From contig JAJSZP010000002.1 of the NCBI GenBank assembly GCA_030262775.1, forward strand, positions 1-45,055: a DNA stretch of 45,055 nucleotides, read 5' to 3'. Shown piece by piece: positions 42,768-45,055 of this stretch (position 1 is its first letter; each line of letters opens with the position of its first letter). Source of the DNA: Deltaproteobacteria bacterium (lineage in GTDB: Bacteria; Desulfobacterota; Desulfobacteria; Desulfobacterales; ETH-SRB1). A program made the position numbers and the translations under genes. The notes below the pieces were generated by a model. That model ran no database searches. It saw only the letters and a program-made list of their open reading frames with translations, and was not told the DNA's origin.

Positions 42768-44936
42768 ATATTTCTTTCGAGCGTAAAAGGTCTTTCTGGA
42801 GGCAAGCCTGGCTTCCTTTAAAGTATGGATCCCCTGCTTGGCCAGAAGTGGAATTAATTTAAGAAGAATCTCACCCGCTGCAATAGCATCACCTAAAGCT
42901 GTATGCCTGCCGACAATACTTACCCCCAACCTTTCAGCTATCGCTTCCATGTTGTGATTTTCCTGGAAAGGATGAACAACAGAAGAAAGAAGCAGAGTAT
43001 CCAATACAGGATTCGAGAATTTAACACCTGTCTTTCCCTCTTTTATCTGCAACATGCGCATATCAAATGCTGCATTGTGTGCGACAAGGATAGTATCTTC
43101 AGAAAATTTGTGAAATAAGGGAAGAACCTTGTCGATGGTGGGCTGGTTGTGAAGCATCTCAGGTTTAATGCCATGTATCTGCATCGATTCAAAAGGTAAC
43201 GATCGCTTTGGATCTATTAACTGATCGAAGTTTTCTTCATTCAGCAGGTTGCAATTTATAATACGTATGGCTCCGATTGAAATTATCTCATCTCCTTGAG
43301 AAGGATTCAACCCTGTTGTTTCCGTATCAAAAACAGTATATGAAAGCTCATCCAGAGAACGGTTATCCAGCTTAGTATTTTGTCCAGGCTGGTTAAACAG
43401 ATCGAAGTCATAAAATTCCGGTCTGCTTTCAAGCAGGATTGTCGGGCTTGATAAATGTTTCAGCTCTGAAACTTCGATGGCTGGAAGCAGTAATCTAAGG
43501 TAAGATTTGCTTGAATCTTTAAATGAATAAGACCAGATTTCTCCCTCATGATGTTTGATAACTTCTTTTAAAGTTAAAGGTATGCTTTCATTTTCAATGG
43601 AAATAAACTGTTCATCCCATTTTTTAAGCACTTCAATTTTAACAGGACTACCGTACCACAGCAGATCAAAATTGATAAACCGCCCTTTCTTTTTAAATAT
43701 GCAGTCAAATTCTTTAGCATTAGTCTCTTTTTTTAACTTATTCAGCAAAAAAAGCGTGGCTAAAACGATTGAGTAACTATCGACCTGAATCCTGATTTTT
43801 TCGCTGCATTTTTCTATATTAATTTGAATGTCAAGCTTATCTTTGGTTTTTCGTTTGATAGCCTCAAGCATGTCTTGAGCCTTCATTTGAACCAGCGGCC
43901 ACCTGGTGCGAATACGGGAAGTAGAATCTGAATCGGCTTTGTCAACTATCTTACCGATTGTTAGCGATTCTTTATGTATAATTTTTCTAAAAATATCGAG
44001 CTGGAATCTGTCCATATCCGGAAATTCACGGATCGCTTCAATCGCTGCACGTACACTTGCAAGTGACCCCCTGATTCCCCTTCTTAGAGACTGCAAGAGA
44101 GAATCTATCCGGCTGTCGGATTCGAATTGCTGTGTGATATCGTGAAGTGTGAGTATAAAACCTTTAAAATCTCTATGATTATTGAGAATAGGGACTGCCT
44201 CAACACGGAGAAGACGGTCTTGATTATCTGCAACAACAAAATAAGAAGCTGCGTTGGTTTCCTTGCGATTTAATTTATCAGCAATCTCATCCACGGCATG
44301 TACAATGAGGTTTTTGTTAATTATGCTGAAAACCGAGCGTCCAAGTCCTATAAAACGACCCGACTCATTTCCGCCAAGAGCTTTACGAAACCTGTTATCC
44401 TTATCTCCGATAAGGAACCTTTTAGCCCGTTTGTTGTATAAAAGAATCTGCCCTTCCCTGTTACAGATTATCACACCCTCGGGCAATTCAGCCATTAGTG
44501 CTATCAGAATATTTTTTTCTTCTTCGGATTCTGATTTTGCCTGCCGGATTCTTTCTTCTATGTTGTTTTGTCGGTTTTCAAAGCGTTCCGCCCATTCGTT
44601 GATAACTTTGGCAAGGCTCACCACTTCTCCGCTTCCTTCAGGATGAATACGATGGGATGGGTTGACAGAATTAATCAAAATGGTTTCTTCGGTAAGTTTG
44701 TCTAAGGGAAGAATATAAAAACGAAACACCCAGTCAAGACCAAACCCAAGACCTGCCAGCAACAGGAAAACAGTTGTAAATATATATAAAAAATTTCGCT
44801 TTATAATTTCCGTCATGAAAAACTGCTCTCCAGGTAAAAGCTGGTGCCAGAATAAAAAAGCAACAGTGATTATAAAAAGCAAGGTAAATGCAATAGAAAC
44901 TATTGCAAACCACATAAATTTATTGTTTTGCTTCAT
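42765..44936 (-). CDS. membrane sensor protein: 2 TM + HAMP-like linker + PAS-like domain + degenerate histidine-kinase-like module + C-terminal DEDDh (DnaQ/RNase T-type) 3'-5' exonuclease
   Basis: Exonuclease motifs: VFDTETTGL (Exo I), VAHNAAFDMRML (Exo II) and HTALGDAIAAGE (Exo III, H-x4-D). The PAS-like region is LMAELPEGVIICNREGQILLYNKRAKRFL...FILTLHDITQQ. The DHp-like helix LLQSLRRGIRGSLASVRAAIEAI lacks the phospho-acceptor His, and the CA-like region lacks the G1/G2 boxes. Confidence 0.8.
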   Translation of the reverse strand: MKQNNKFMWFAIVSIAFTLLFIITVAFLFWHQLLPGEQFFMTEIIKRNFLYIFTTVFLLLAGLGFGLDWVFRFYILPLDKLTEETILINSVNPSHRIHPEGSGEVVSLAKVINEWAERFENRQNNIEERIRQAKSESEEEKNILIALMAELPEGVIICNREGQILLYNKRAKRFLIGDKDNRFRKALGGNESGRFIGLGRSVFSIINKNLIVHAVDEIADKLNRKETNAASYFVVADNQDRLLRVEAVPILNNHRDFKGFILTLHDITQQFESDSRIDSLLQSLRRGIRGSLASVRAAIEAIREFPDMDRFQLDIFRKIIHKESLTIGKIVDKADSDSTSRIRTRWPLVQMKAQDMLEAIKRKTKDKLDIQINIEKCSEKIRIQVDSYSIVLATLFLLNKLKKETNAKEFDCIFKKKGRFINFDLLWYGSPVKIEVLKKWDEQFISIENESIPLTLKEVIKHHEGEIWSYSFKDSSKSYLRLLLPAIEVSELKHLSSPTILLESRPEFYDFDLFNQPGQNTKLDNRSLDELSYTVFDTETTGLNPSQGDEIISIGAIRIINCNLLNEENFDQLIDPKRSLPFESMQIHGIKPEMLHNQPTIDKVLPLFHKFSEDTILVAHNAAFDMRMLQIKEGKTGVKFSNPVLDTLLLSSVVHPFQENHNMEAIAERLGVSIVGRHTALGDAIAAGEILLKLIPLLAKQGIHTLKEARLASRKTFYARKKY

Positions 44937-44974
44937 TTTTATTCTTCAAGCAGTTCTTTGATGAATTCGTAAAA

Positions 44975-45055
44975 ATATCACCGATGGCTAAGTAGAAAGT
45001 TTCATATACAAGGCGCAGTGGTTTTTCAGAGACGAGGCAATACATGTAGTATGCC
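44975..45055 (-). repeat. dispersed repeat family B, copy truncated by the window end
   Basis: GATGGCTAAGTAGAAAGTTTCATATACAAGGCGCAGTGGTTTTTCAGAGACGAGGCAATACATGTAGTATGCC matches 38205-38250 (core), and matches the reverse complement of 23161-23240 (distal module) with an internal deletion. Confidence 0.7.

Overview
This is a 45-kb window from an AT-rich bacterial chromosome. The gene content and the xseA-xseB-ispA-dxs-tlyA operon look Desulfobacterota/deltaproteobacterial, but that is a guess I cannot verify without a search. No rRNA genes, tRNA genes, CRISPR arrays, transposases or integrases were recognised.

Layout:
- 1-3700: housekeeping and miscellaneous genes (queE 5' end, manA, a membrane protein, a ComEA-like protein).
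- 3900-7011: a small accessory islet. It holds an EPS-type wHTH regulator, a HicB/HicA pair, a nucleotidyltransferase-fold gene with an in-frame stop, an SDR gene remnant and MITE-like repeats.
- 7043-26423: a ~19-kb surface-polysaccharide cluster. It starts with a translationally coupled CDP-hexose operon: rfbF, rfbG, an RfbC-like epimerase, two Zn-ribbon C-methyltransferase paralogs, an SDR reductase and a CmcI-type methyltransferase. After that come a Wzx flippase, four glycosyltransferases plus one mosaic pseudogene, a WcaF-like acetyltransferase, a reductase / PglC-like transferase / WbpM-like dehydratase trio, and an orphan beta-helix protein.
- 26632-37437: core genes (glmM, a BI-1 family protein, xseA, xseB, ispA, dxs, tlyA, an EF-G paralog).
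- 37542-39400: a secreted thermonuclease with an Ada-type Zn domain, and a spore-photoproduct-lyase-like radical SAM gene.
- 39692-44936: a symporter-domain (CbrA/CrbS-type) histidine kinase, convergent with a membrane sensor / pseudo-kinase fused to a DEDDh exonuclease.

The most interesting items are:
- the predicted CDP-linked C-methyl/O-methyl 6-deoxyhexose (vinelose-like) pathway;
- the sensor/pseudo-kinase/exonuclease fusion;
- a GC-rich island whose 39-position hairpin has mismatches that become G-U pairs only on the minus strand;
- an intergenic repeat architecture made of phased 7-, 8- and 10-nt tandem arrays, plus at least three dispersed repeat families.
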